NCBI GenBank assembly: GCA_051942205.1
Contig: JAVECO010000171.1
Coordinates: forward strand, 1-49,249
Origin: Coniocarpon cinnabarinum
Lineage: Eukaryota
Length of the DNA stretch: 49,249 bases
Reading direction: 5' to 3'
The notes under the pieces were generated by a model that saw only the letters and a program-made list of their open reading frames with translations, was not told where the DNA came from and did not search any database. A program made the position numbers and the translations under genes. Shown here in pieces: positions 35,245-47,920 of this stretch. Numbering within the stretch: position 1 is the stretch's first letter; each line of letters begins with the position of its first letter.

Positions 35245-35687
35245 GGCGTCTTTCCGCTCGAGAAAATCTTCAGTTGACGCTCGATATGGGCCACCACCCT
35301 TCGTTCGCGAGGACAGCAATAATCATGCAAGCCTACTTTAGCGACGGCTCCGGGTTGGGTTGGAGGACTATAAAACGAGGAAGCCTTCGGTTCTACAGAA
35401 TTCTGCAGGAACACAGGCGATAAAGGTGAGAAGCGTGGAAGGCTGAAGCAAAAGTACGGAAAATAATTTACTATCGCGCGTCGTCTTTCGATTTCCGAGA
35501 GAGCCGCAAGGGCCACGCGCCGAACAGCGCTAAAGCTTATGATGCTACGTCATTTGGGGGCTATTTCTGCAGCACGTGAGTAATCAATACTTGACTCCGT
35601 GAGGAGGTACCTGTCATTCACACAGTCATATGGGCCTGCCACAAGTCAGCACCAGCTGTAGCGAAGAAGTTCGTCGGGTCGGTGAGT

Positions 35688-36728
35688 TTAATTTTCCATC
35701 ACGAGCTGATGTATGGCGCCCACACCAGCAAGCGTGCCGTTGGAGATTGCCAGACTGACGTTCTTCATGGGAAAAGAGCAGTCGCCCACAGCAAACACGC
35801 CCGCAATGTCAGTGGCGCTGAGCGGAGGAATAGCCTTGATATCTCCACTTGGCATCACCTCGAGGCCCAATTGCTTGGCGAGGGTGTTGGTCTGCTGTGT
35901 CGGAGGCGTATGGGCGAGAAACGAAAGACGCTCAGAGGAGCCGTCCTCAAAATGAAGCATCAAGTTTCCTGTTTCACTCTCGAGCTTCTCCAGTCGCGCG
36001 ATCTTGCGTGCATCGACTGAGTATCCATACGATCCAGCTTCCTCCTTCAGGGAATCCGCCACTGTTTGGTCACCATGCGTGTATATGGTGATGGAACCAG
36101 CCAGCCTCTTCGCGATCCCACTGATTGGTAGAGCATATTGAGATTCCGCGGTCTTTCCCAGTGCCAGAAGACCCGCCTTCTGTCCGCCGCGCTCTTCATA
36201 TCCATGACAGAAGAGGCAGTGGAAAATCGCCGTGCCCCAGCATTCTGCATATCCAGAAATGTCTGGGTAGACGTCGGTCACGCCAGTTGCTAGAATGACT
36301 TTGCGAGCTTCGTATTTGTCTCCGTGCGCTGTTGTAGCGACAAATGATCCTGCATGGGTTCTTTGTATGGTATCAACTCGCTGATCAACAAAAGTGGTGG
36401 TATGATATCTCTCGAGAATCTCTCTGCGTGTCGCAGCCCGGAATTCTTTAGCATCTTTGTGATCCCAGGTGGGTACAGCTAAAAATGAATTAGGTCAATG
36501 CAACGAAATCATTTGATATCGATTACTTACTGTGCATATGCTGTGAAATGCTATTTCGGTACTCCTGTGGAGAGATGGTTCAGCCCGTTGGCAACGAAAA
36601 CCCTACAAACAGTTTTGGCTTACCCCCGAGTCAAACACAGCTGCGGTGCATGCTGCTCGACAAAGCGCCAGAGTAGCACTGAGTCCTGCGGGACCCGCAC
36701 CAATCACTAGGCAATCAAAAGATGGCAT
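35688..36728 (-). CDS. Thioredoxin-reductase-like FAD oxidoreductase, GliT-like, 3 exons
   Basis: CLVIGAGPAGLS, FDSGEYRN...HMH.VPTWDH, KVILATGVTD, WGTAIFHCLFCHGYEE, GVFAVGD. Confidence 0.88.
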
Positions 36729-37631
36729 AGTTCTCTAGCTGAGCTCAAGTCTGCACGGCCTGAGTTTGTCACACCTTCACAGGTTATGGAGATGATGTCT
36801 CTACGGGCTATGTGCGATATGTATTCTTGCCTATGAACTACCTTTTTAACTTAGAGAGCCGAGGCGTCAGCTCGTACCTTGGGGCGGCGACTCGTAAGCC
36901 CTCGAAGTTCCTGCTGTGCCGCAACAAACCGCTTAGGCATTCAAGCTGCGGTTGCCGCTTGTAGCAAGAGACAGTCAAAGTTCACTGATGCAAACAGCTC
37001 GAGGTTATTTATAGTAAAAGGGCCGGCTCGATACGGTAAAACACTGGAATCATCCGTGGCAGCTGTCTTGCTATATGATGCCAGCCATGCACTGATAGAG
37101 TACCGAAGCAATTCCCCAAGCATCAAATATCGTTATGCATACTTGCTTGTGCCCTGATCAGCAAGTCTGAGCGAAAACCACAGGGGCATTTGCGGCACTG
37201 TTTTTCGGGGCCAAGAACCCACAAACGCGCGCGAATGATTGGTTGTCAGCTCAGCCAATCAGACGTCACGTTCAATGGCTGAAGTCGCCTAGGTGAGGCA
37301 GAGTGTTCGTCTTTGCCTTCACCACAACCACCTGGTTTGCCAAGGACCAGGTTCACTCAAACGAATGCGATCGAATGACGCCAGTCTTCATGGATTCCCT
37401 TGGATTCTTTAGATTAGTCGCTCTTGTTTGCACACGTCCGGATGGTGGCGCCTCGCCTCCTCTTCCAAAACCACAATGCCATTGTGCAATAGATAATGAA
37501 ACGCATCGCATTGTCCCTTTTCCTCAAATCTACCTTCTGTCCGCACATCCTCTCGCTTGCATTGATACCACGATAATTGTCCGAGTGCTTTTTCTTCTCA
37601 AGTCTGCTGGCCAGAATCATTACCTTTCAAG

Positions 37632-38617
37632 ATGCGTTTCCAATCACTTTTCCCAATACTCTGCATCGCCATTTCCCTTATTCTTTCTTTTCTGGCACTA
37701 TTTGCTGGCACCAACAATGATATGCTTGAAAGCTACGACCTACTCCTTGTCAACACAAGCCGCATCGGACATGACTTTCTCAAGTCACAGCTTGCAAACA
37801 AAACTTCTTCCGGTCCCTCCCCTACAAGCAGTGGTAGCATCTTCAATCAGCTATTTCACAATGCTACGGCGAAGGTGGGAGATGCTGTGGATAAGGTCGA
37901 GGACAAGGTCGAGGAGGAGCTTAGCGAGGATCTCGACAAGGCAATCACTTCTCTGGCCAAGGACCTCGGCCTGAAGGACTTCTACAGTATCCACATCATG
38001 GACCATTGCGAGGTGAGATCAGACCCCAGAATTTTTGTGGATGTGCCAGGCTGACATTCAAACAGGGCTTCTTCGTTCCCAATGGCACCGCTAATAGGAA
38101 TGTCACTCACTGCAGCAACTCGACCGGCATCTCTCATTTCAACTTGACAAGCGAGCTGCAAGACCAGTTGAATGCAAGCCACGCTCCGATCACGCTGCCC
38201 AAGATCCACTGGCCGGATGCAATAAACGATGGAATCCATACGCTCGAACTCGCATTCAACGCAGCATTTGTGCTCTACGTGATCGGGATGATATTCATTG
38301 GTTGTGCCTTCTTCCTTGGTTTCCTGGCCGTCGTCCGCGATGGTAGAATGTCAGCCTTGTTGAACGTTGGATCATCTGGAGCAGCTGTCTTGTTCGTGAC
38401 GATTGCCTCAATTGTTACCACGGTGGGCAGCAACAAGGCAGCGAACGCGATCAACAAATACGGCAAGGATCTGAACATCAATGCAGCACGCGGCGACAAA
38501 TTCATCAGTCTCACGTGGGCGACAGTTGCCCTACTTATTGTGGCTACATCGTGCTGGATAGTCGAGCTGATCATGGGACATCGTCGATTGAAGCAGGGTG
38601 TGAAGCCGTTGCAGTGA
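37632..38617 (+). CDS. SUR7/PalI family membrane protein (exons 37632-38012, 38066-38617)
   Basis: N-terminal TM LILSFLALFAG, NTSRIG, LGLKDFYSIHIMDHCEG, NVTHCS, three further TM segments, GDKFISLTW. Confidence 0.88.
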
Positions 38618-38960
38618 TGCGAAGGCGTCCACCAGTAGTTAGCATCAGTAGTTAGCAGTCACTTTAGCCGGAGAGGCAGACTTCGCAAGCCTCTCGATGT
38701 ATTGAAAGATTGAGCGAGGGCGGCTGCGCCTAATGCCTGTTCCGTAGTAAGCGGATGATGTATTCATACGGCGTTCCGTTGCCGACCAGTTGCGCCCCGA
38801 TCTGAGTTGACGTTTTCTACCAAGTTTTGTGCAACTGTGCAACAAATGACTTCATCCCTAATTTACTATCGTCAAGACACTCGTGCGATGCGATCACCAT
38901 TAATGTTCAGATTCTCGTCTCTTGCGTTCTCTAGGTTCCGAAATAGACAAGGTTTTTGCG

Positions 38961-41616
38961 ATGAAACGAACCCCAGGGTCTTACGTCACGCAATACAAGG
39001 GTCTCAATGACAGCTCAGATGCCAATGTTGTCGCAAGCGACCTCGACGACTTTACTGCTGATGATGGCCGATCCGTCATCGGTGTCAGCATCGGACCTGG
39101 ACAGAGTGAACTCGCCTCTCCACATCCACTTGAGAAGGAGGAAGATCCAACGCTGAGCGCCAACAATGTACAAGACCCGTCCCCGTCTTCTACGCCCGAC
39201 GATGATGAACAGTCGGCGTACAACCCTCACACGAACGGGACAAACGATGCATCGACATCTGGTCTGTCCTCCAGCGCGTTTGCGACTCAAGCAACGCTCG
39301 CTGACGTTCACGCAAGCCACAAACAAGGTCAGAGGCGCAGAGCTGGCTCTGTGCCGCCGTGGAGCACCGCTACAGCACCCGTTAAAGAGGAGGCGTCCTG
39401 GAAGAAATATATCCCTTCGCTACCATCGATTTCTCAAAGCATCTCCGGGCTAGCGTCAAAGTCCAAAGATGCTTTGCCATCCCAATCTTCAACGAGAAGA
39501 CGTGCAACGAGCGTTCAAACACCGCATGCCAGTACTTTTCCGGCAAGGATAGATGCACCTCCAGACTCAATCGCTGACGATGGCGTGTCTCGTGAGATAT
39601 CTCCATCTCGTGCTGAAAACAGTTTCGACGGGTATGTGTATTTGCTTGTGACCTGACTTCAGTCTTCACAATAAATGTTGGCACCTTGTCTCGCACCGCG
39701 ACGTTTGCCACACAATATCCGTTTGGCGTTTTGCTAACAACAACATCAGCTCGAATAACACAACTTTGAGAGACACTGTAGACTCACGTCCATCAAATCT
39801 TAGGCGAACGACATCAGACGGATCCCTGTATCTTCACCGTACACTTTCAAGAGCAAGTTCACTTGGTGACGATGCAAGATGGACAAACATCCATGAGCAA
39901 GTCAACTCGCGCAGTAAGGCTATCAGAGATTCTATTGCGGACTCAAACTTGAAATTCCCACGCCTTCCTGAGCTCCCCACTTTCAATCTAGGCGAAGCCT
40001 TGGCAGACTTTCAAGCGACACGCAAACGCTCTGCATCGGCTTTGAACAACCGTCTACGACGTCAAGGAAGCCCGGTCAAGCGTATGACAGCCTCTGCAAC
40101 GTCCTCTCAAGAGCCAGCACCCAAGAGCATTAATCTCGCGGCGAGTTCTCCACCACCTGGGATGACGCGCACAAATGCTCAAGCCCATCCGGAATTTACG
40201 CGAGCTTTGAAGCATGCGAAAGGCGATCTAGTAATTCTGGGAGGTTATCGAGGCTCTGTCCTTCGCTCTGCGCAACCTCCCCACCGTCAAATGTGGGTAC
40301 CAGTAAAGGTTGGTCTTGGCATTCGCAAAGTCAAGCTTGAAGTTGGCTTTGGGCCAGAAGATGAAGATCACGTTGAAGACGAAGTCATCCCAGGTGGCAT
40401 GCTCAAAAACATCGGTCCGGTTGACATTAGCCGTCGCCTCTTTAAGCAACTAGCCCTGTGTAGAAATACTCAGGACGGGAGCCTTCGCGTCTGGGACTTT
40501 GGTTATGACTGGCGATTGTCCCCTCACCGGCTTTCAGGCTACTTGATCCAATTCCTCGAATCTCTTAAATGTAACTCCGCTTCAACTCCACAGCAAGAGC
40601 GGGGTGCAACGGTCATTGCGCATAGTCTTGGTGGCCTCATCACCAGACACGCGATCAACAACCGTCCTGAGCTTGTAAGTGGTGTTGTCTATGCAGGTAC
40701 ACCGACAACGTGCGTCAACATCTTAGGGCCATTAAGGAGCGGCGATGAAGTATTACTTTCGAGCAAGGTTCTTACTGCTCAGGTAAACTTTTCAATCCGG
40801 ACCTCCTTTGCATTGTTGCCGTTGAATGGTCAATGTTTCCTCAATCGAGAAACCAAGGAGCGATTTGACGTGGACTTTTTTGATCCAAATCAATGGGAAG
40901 AGTATCGCTGGAGCCCCTGCATTGCTCGTCCTCTACCAAGGAACACGAGACCACAAGCCACTTCTTTCAGCAGCATCATGGGAAGTATGAGTAGCGCTCT
41001 CCCGTCTATCAATCTCACAAGCCGCACCCGAACAAACTCCAAAACGAAGCAAGAAGGGCAGAGCTCTACAGTATCAACTAATCCAAGAGGCCAACATGCC
41101 ATTTCGATGCAAATGGACATGCGTGAAGAACCGTCAGAGCTCGGCGAAGATCCCGAGACTACACCTTCAACTGCAGTGACTGTCCCTAAGTCAGTCGCTG
41201 TCCAATATCTCACTCGAGCCCTCGCAGAAGTTAAGCAGTTCAAACAAGAGCTCGCCTATGATCCCGAGATCGACTCGAGAGACGCATACCCCCCTGCAGC
41301 CGTTATCTACGGCAAGGCTGTACCCACTGTATTTGGGGCGTATGTCAAAGACCGAGAGTCAATCAAGTATGCGGACGCATACGATGACTTGGCCTTTGCA
41401 AGTGGAGATGGCGTTGTCCTGGCCCGTGCGGCTCAGCTCCCAGACGGCTACAAAGCTACCAAGGGAGGCGTAGTCAGTAGCAATCGGGGCCACATCAGTC
41501 TTCTGGGTGATCTTGAAGCCGTGGGGCGCTGCCTTAATGCGATTAACGCAGAGCGAACACGGAAGCAGCGGCGGGATGGGACTGCAGTGGCTTCATCGAC
41601 CGACAACACGGAATAG
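38961..41616 (+). CDS. Alpha/beta-hydrolase (LCAT/PDAT-like fold) with long disordered N-terminus (exons 38961-39631, 39750-41616)
   Basis: LVILGGYRGSVL, FGYDWRLS, nucleophile elbow IAHSLGG, GDGVVL, GHISLLGD. Confidence 0.82.
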
Positions 41617-41902
41617 CACAGCATCAAACGCTCTTGCATCTGTGCAATGCATACATGACAAATCTATGGGTGCAATGTGGGTAAGTCATAGAGTCAAAAT
41701 ATGGAAAGCATTACGATGGCAAGTATCACTTGCGGGATATTCTGCACAGTCTCGCGTAGGTGGCGGCTACGCCGCACGGTTGCAGCTTCTCTCCTCAGTC
41801 AACGTGCGCACCTTCCACCCTCACTGTCGCACCATTTCTTTCATACTTTCGATTTCAGCAAGTGATCGCGCTTTCTCGTGCATTAGTCTCCAGCCCCATA
41901 AC

Positions 41903-41947
41903 AATCACTCCCGAAGCCTCCAAATCACTCCCGAAGCCTCCCAATCA
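41903..41947. repeat. 20-bp tandem duplication (~2.2 copies)
   Basis: AATCACTCCCGAAGCCTCC at 41903 and 41923, partial third copy AATCA at 41943. Confidence 0.8.
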
Positions 41948-42324
41948 GATGTCAAGCTCGCCAAAGGTGGCATTGCTGAGATTCACTTCAGAGTGCGTCC
42001 GCTTCCTCCACACGCTCTCACTCGCGGCGTAGTGGGGAATGATGGCATTCGTCCCGTCCCGTCTGCGTTTGACCTCGGCGTGCACTATGATGGCCCACCC
42101 ACCTCGCCGACGTGCACTTGCACGCATGCGGCGCGCCCTGTTTGCCTTGCGCAGCCTCAAATTGTGTTTCAGACGTCATAGGAGTCTTAAGCGGTATTTG
42201 AGTCTCAGATGATCTTCTCTCGACAGCTTGGTGGCACTCATTCTTTTGCAGCTACTGCGTGTTCTCCAGGCGATGCCACATGTCATAATAAACATCGCAT
42301 GATTGTTCATGTATCTGTACTAGG

Positions 42325-45300
42325 ATGTCGGGCGCAGAGGCTATCCTCGTCCTCGGAGTAGTGTCTAACTGTGCGCAATTAATCTCGTTCTCTGTTCAGG
42401 TGGCGGGATGGATAACTCATCCCGAGGGCCGAGTCAGCTGGGACATTGAATTGAAGGAATTTGCCCGCCGTCAAGGGATTCTCGCGAGCAGCCTACAAGC
42501 CAATGCCATCAAAAATGATCAACGGCACAGATTGGAAGAAACGGAGGCTATACATTTGGGTTTCAAAATCTCGAAAAAGGCTGAAGAGTTGCAGGAAGCG
42601 CTCAAGAGCATCAATCTGGAAGAAGCGCACGGCAAACGCGAGAAATTACAACGCTCGGCGATAGCAGCCTTCAGGATTCCAAAGACGATACAGCCGCTGG
42701 AAAAACAACTCAAGGTTTTGCAGCGAGATCTAGGGTCTTTCACGCTACGAATCCTCAGCAATGACGTCTTATTGATCCGTGAGACAATGAACGCTGTGAG
42801 ACAGTCGCAGACAAGCTTGCATGAAACAGTCACAAACCTAGAAGATAGCCAGGACGAAATTCTGCAGATTCTTCAGACGGGAGGCTCCATAAATCAGCAT
42901 ATCTCAAATCGTCTTCTTGAACTTCACGAAGAATGTAGCCCTTTCATCAAACAGCAAGCCATCATTGACAGCCTCGGTAAGTCCAAATATTCCCTTACGC
43001 AGTCGAGCAAAACCGTCATCAATCAATTACACTATGGGCTTCTTGCTATTGGAGCTTCGCACTTAGCTGACGAATGCCGGAAAGACTCCGCTGAACTCCG
43101 TATGAGAGAGGAGGATATTGAAGAAGCGTCGGTCAATACTGTTGAATGGGCATTTGACAAAGAGCACGGCAATCAGGGGTTACATCTCATGCAATGGTTA
43201 GAGAATGGAAGTGGGATATTTTGGATCCGTGGTCAAGCGGGCAGCGGGAAGTCGACATTCATGAAGCACGTTGCGAACCACGCCAAAACTGAGGAAGCAT
43301 TGACAAGCTGGGCTTCGGGCCGCAGGCTGGTGAAAGCAAAGCATTTCTTCTCGAGAATAGGGTGAGTCCCCTAGCAGTGTTGAAACTCATGACGGTTGTG
43401 TTAATGAAATGCAGGTATTCGCAAATGCAAGCAACGCAGGAGGGTCTGCTGAGATCCTTACTCTGGAGAATTTTCTGCTCGACGCCCTCTACAATATCGA
43501 AAGCGGTCCCTGATAGATGGAAAGACAGCCTGGCACATCGCTTGCGAGCCCCGTGGTCATTTATTGAGTTGAAATCCACGCTTCAGCGCATTGTCCTCGG
43601 TGACGCTACCGACACGAATTTCTGTTTCTTCATTGATGGTCTTGACGAGTATACTAAAGACCGTGCTGACGCTTCAATTGCTGACGAAAGAGATTGGACT
43701 GATATTGCCTGCACACTCAATGATCTGGCACTACACGATCATGTCAAGATATGCGTGGCCAGTCGGGGCAAAGCTCCAATCAACACGCTCCTTCGAAGAG
43801 ATCCTTGCTTTCACACTTTTGAGATGCAAGAACATTCTTCTCGTGACATTGCACAATTCACGCGAACTGAACTGGAGAAACTTGGCGCCCTACAGGAGCA
43901 GATTGGCTCGGAAGAAGATAGAGAGGAACTCATTCAAACCTTCACTGAAAAAGCGGACGGCATCTGGTTGTGGGCAAAGCACGCGCTAAAATGCCTTCAT
44001 CGAGGGCTGGGATACGGCGAAGACGTTCGCTCGATCCTGTGTCGAGCTCAAAAGATTCCGCAAAGCCTAGACGAGCTCTACATGCAAGATCTTGAAGACA
44101 TCGACGAGGAACACAAACCTCAGGCTGCCAAAATACTCCTCATGTCGCTGTACATAAATGAACCATTACCTGTCATCACCTTACATCTCGCCGGGCTGCT
44201 CAGACTGGACAAAAGGTGCTTGGCTGAGCAATACCAACCAGACTGCTTCAAACCGTTGCCATCCCACCTTGAGGCTCTTCTAGCACTGCCCGATCCGTCT
44301 GTCGAAGCAAGGAGCACTGAGCTGCGAGACTGGAGTGAGTCAGCTGTTAATAATTTTATCCAAAACCCCACTGTTCAAGGCCCAATATCAGCTCGGTGTC
44401 AAGATTTCTTGAGATTGGGTTACGACCATGTGCTGAGGGAGAGTCAAGACGAACAAGACGCCGACAAGCTACCAATTGCTATCGCGACGCATCACCGGCT
44501 CGTTTCTCCGCATCGAACCTATCGGGACTTTCTCTTGGCCCATGAGCATACGCTCAAAGACTACGCCCAAGGCTTTTCCAACGTTCACGAGCTCCTCCTG
44601 AGGTCATATTCAGACCATTTGATAAGCTTAGCAAGGCTGTACGACTCGGAACAGGTGGCTTTGAGTATTTCCAGTAAGAAAGAGTCGTTCAGAGTTCTGC
44701 TTACTGGAATGCTCCACAGCCTCACGCAGTTGATGGGCAGTGAGGAAGCCCGCCCGCCGAATCTTGAGGAAGATCCTGACGATGATCGCATCAGTAAGAT
44801 GCATCGTTTCAGTCACTCAACGGCCAACAAAATTAGAGCATCTGCAGGCATCTCAGGCTTACTATCGCCAATCTGGAAAAACACGCAGAACGCCTCCTAC
44901 GGGTACTTTTTCTCGGAACTGCAAAGATTCCTCTTGGACGAAAATCACGCTGGCTTCTTCATCAACAGGAAGGCTATGCAGATGAGTCAGTACCGCCATC
45001 AGCTTGAAGCAAGATGTTCCGAAGTCGATTCGACCGGCTCGCTGTGGACATTGCTCCACGTTATCCCTATTCTGCTGCTGCTTGAAGCCGATGTCAACCT
45101 GATGCGGGGTCAGGCGTCGATTTGGAATTGCTGGCTTCAAGTGCTGATGAAGCTGGATGGCGCCGCAGCGTCTGAAGAGACTATGGATAAGAGCTTAAGG
45201 AAGATGTTAGGTAGCCTGACGATTCTGCTGCTTGACTCGAACGCCGATGTGAGTATCAAGCAAGCTCTGCACAGGTCGAGGCATCTGCTGACTGAGACAC

Positions 45301-45500
45301 GCAGCGCGAATTCACATTGCGATGGAGGCTTCAGAGTACGTCGTGAATGGTCCCTTATTCGTTGCATGCCTAAAGTATTGACAAGTGACGACAGAACTGC
45401 AAGCTTGCGACATCATTGCAAAGGCATTTGGACCCCTCAAAGGGAAAAAATACCTCAATGGCGGTACCGCGGCCTGGACGCGGTACTGTCGCCCGAATGA
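42325..45500 (+). CDS. NACHT-domain STAND/NLR-like protein with HeLo-like/SesA N-terminus and unrecognised C-terminus (~1004 aa; exons 42325-42976, 43085-43361, 43415-45500)
   Basis: MSGAEAILVLGVVSNCAQLISFS; WLENGSGIFWIRGQAGSGKSTFMK; EGLLRSLL; FCFFIDGLDE; KICVASR; KADGIWLW; HRTYRDFL. Confidence 0.88.
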
Positions 45501-45647
45501 ACTCGCTTATTTGAGTTTTCTTCGACGGCTTGCGAACGGAGTCAAGTGAAGTTGCGACTAGAATTGAGCGGGTGCCAGTGTCTGAATCGGAGTTGTGTCA
45601 ATCGGGTATCTAGGAATCCGGGAGCTGACTCGTAGTTGGAAGAGATC

Positions 45648-46560
45648 TTAGCTCAGCTTGCGAATGTAATTATGAGTCAACTGCGTAGGAGATGTTTCTG
45701 CCTTGATGAGAGTTGGGATGTCGAAGCAGTAGGTTTGTGTACGATAGTAATCATTGACTTTTGTAACGTCTCGCAAATCTAACGCTTCGCGCATTTTGGA
45801 AACAAAACTACAACCCTTCGCGCGTTCGCTGAAGACAGGCATGGGATCTGTGATTGAGTTGGTCAAAAGTGAGATATGTGAATTTGAGTTGCAGATGCTG
45901 TGTCCGTCCTAATACCTTGCATCTTTCACGAAGCAGCATCATCATCATGACAGCACGAACTTGTCAATGCAATGGTGCTGATGTCTTTGCATCCGTCCAC
46001 CAGATAAGTAGCGGTCAATCATGAAAGACGAAGCCATAGAACCTAGTCTATTCGATTCAAGGGGTATCTCAATTCCTTCGCAGACGCCATTCGTCGCGGA
46101 TATATATAATATTTACATCGAAAGAGAGTCGGACGTGCAACACGTATGTGTCGAAGCGTCCGCTGTCACATGAACCTGAAACCTGAGAAAACATCAACGC
46201 CTCGCTAGATGTATCCAGATCAAATGACAAGAATGAGATGCTGGGAGGCACTTCGCCCTGAAAAGGATCGATATGAAGGTTTCGAGAGGTGCCAGAGGTA
46301 GTTTTGATACCTCTCATCCACTCAACCTGTGTGTCTGATATGGTCTCGGCTTTTTCCCAATACCATCCGAGCGGGATGAGGGCTAATATACGCAAGTGTG
46401 TCCGTGCGCACGCCTCGCAGCAGGCATTCGTCGCGATGAGACGGCGTACAACAATCAAGCTGCTTCCATGTTGGGCTTTTCCTCCACTTTACAGGCGGAC
46501 TTCGAGAGGGAATTTTGCCCAAGGCCGTACAATAAAGGGTGTTGTATGCAGCTGTCCTCT
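45648..46560 (-). pseudogene. Possible degraded 2EXR-domain gene
   Basis: WAKFPLEVRL* (TAA 46491-46489) with KWRK in the adjacent frame, then ATNACCEACAR and VRLSFDVNIIYI, resembling the 2EXR pattern LP.E.R..IW..VCRESR..FD..DIIY. No intact ORF. Confidence 0.35.
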
Positions 46561-46745
46561 TCGTTGAACCGTTCAGTGTCTCGGTCGACGGTAGATAGGC
46601 CTGAAGTAGAGTCAGGAAGTCGGCGCCCGCCAGCGACTGTAAACAGAAGCTGGAGCTGTGGTGGGCCGAGGGCTGTAGAAGGAGGATCTTTCGCGGCCGA
46701 TGCAGCTGCGATCGGATCTTAGATCGTGACCGCGTTGATTGACGT

Positions 46746-47740
46746 CTAGCCCATGACATAGTCCATACTACCTTGCAATGCACTGATTCCCGCACATCCA
46801 GCGCACAGGAAGCGAGTGGGCACTTGCCCGCCGGGGAACGCTAGGCAACTAGTGTGAGACCAGCAATTGCAGCCATCACTAGTCAATGTTAGCCTTCAAG
46901 AAGTGCCAGATATGATAAGTGCACGTACCAGAGCACCATCATGCCCTCGGGCTTGTTGGAGCCGCAGATGCAATTCGTCGTCTGCCCAAATTCCTCTTGA
47001 CTGTAGAAACCAGGGCGGCCAAACGAAGCACTATCAACCCCGCCATGATTCGGCGTTTCGTTCCTTGGCTGGAAAGACGTGCGAAGGTTTTTGATATGTG
47101 CTATAGCCGCTTCTGCATTATTTTTTTCGGTGGAAACGGTGTGGATGGATGGACTGTTGTTCTGTGAAGCACGTTCCACCGCCGTATACGCCCGTCCATT
47201 CTTGTCCACTTTGAGGGTTACCCTTGACCTTGCTGGACTGCGGCCGGGCTGAGGAGAGGGTCTGCGTTGGCGCTGTTCTCGGGCATACATTTCGGTTTGA
47301 AGTTGGTACGGATACTGTGGGGCGTTGCTCTTGACCAGTGGAGGAACGTCGGAAATGACGAGTTTCTTGCCTGGAGGCTGGTTTCCTGAAAGCATAGCTG
47401 GATCGACAAACGAGGCATTGGGGTGGGGTGGACGTGCTTGACTGAAGGAGTGACTTTTGTAATGCAACGGACTTATTGGCATTTGGCTGTACTCGATGTG
47501 AACCGGGTCACTGTTGCCAATGGAGTGGTCATAAGCTGCATCACTGTGGGAGTCCCAAAGCAGGTTGCTCGGAGCTTGTGCAGGTGCCGAGAGAGGGCCG
47601 GATGGTGGAAAGACGGAGCTCTCGATCGGGGAGAATTGCAGAGGCGTCTGGTGGAAATCGTAACTCGGTTGGTGAGTCCGAATATTCTTTGCTTCACGAG
47701 TGGGGGGCGGAGTTCGCATCTGGAAGTCTGACGAGTCCAT
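46746..47740 (-). CDS. PHD-finger protein (exons 47740-46929, 46878-46746; may extend further 5')
   Basis: Disordered Ser/Pro-rich body (MRTPPPTR, RVTLKVDKNGRA), then C4-H-C3: NCICG..MVLC|DGC.CWSHTSC...FLCAGC. A probable upstream intron lies at ~47772-47831. Confidence 0.8.
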
Positions 47741-47880
47741 GACTGCGTTCGCCGATCGAAAGACGTTGAGACTACGTGCGTAATGGTTTAGTAAAGCATT
47801 CGGGTGCACGGAAATGGACGACCAAATTCACCTTGAAGTTCAGGTCATAGATGATAGGAGCCGAGGATGTAGGCCACACA

Positions 47881-47920
47881 ATGTAGGCGAATGTCGGCGG
47901 ATGTCGGCGGATGCAGACGG
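47881..47920. repeat. Degenerate 10-bp tandem repeat, 4 copies
   Basis: ATGTAGGCGA ATGTCGGCGG ATGTCGGCGG ATGCAGACGG. Confidence 0.7.

Noticed and set aside
35573..35578. CACGTG upstream of PIS1 as an inositol-responsive element
   Set aside because: A single hexamer that does not match the full ICRE consensus; chance occurrence is likely.
37303..37974. 223-aa ORF overlapping SUR7, and the many antisense ORFs within ALDH, LHS1 and the NACHT genes
   Set aside because: Shadow frames of well-supported genes, mostly with non-ATG starts and no motifs.
41507..42181. 224-aa plus-strand ORF
   Set aside because: Non-ATG start, overlaps the hydrolase stop and 3' UTR, and has no recognisable motif.
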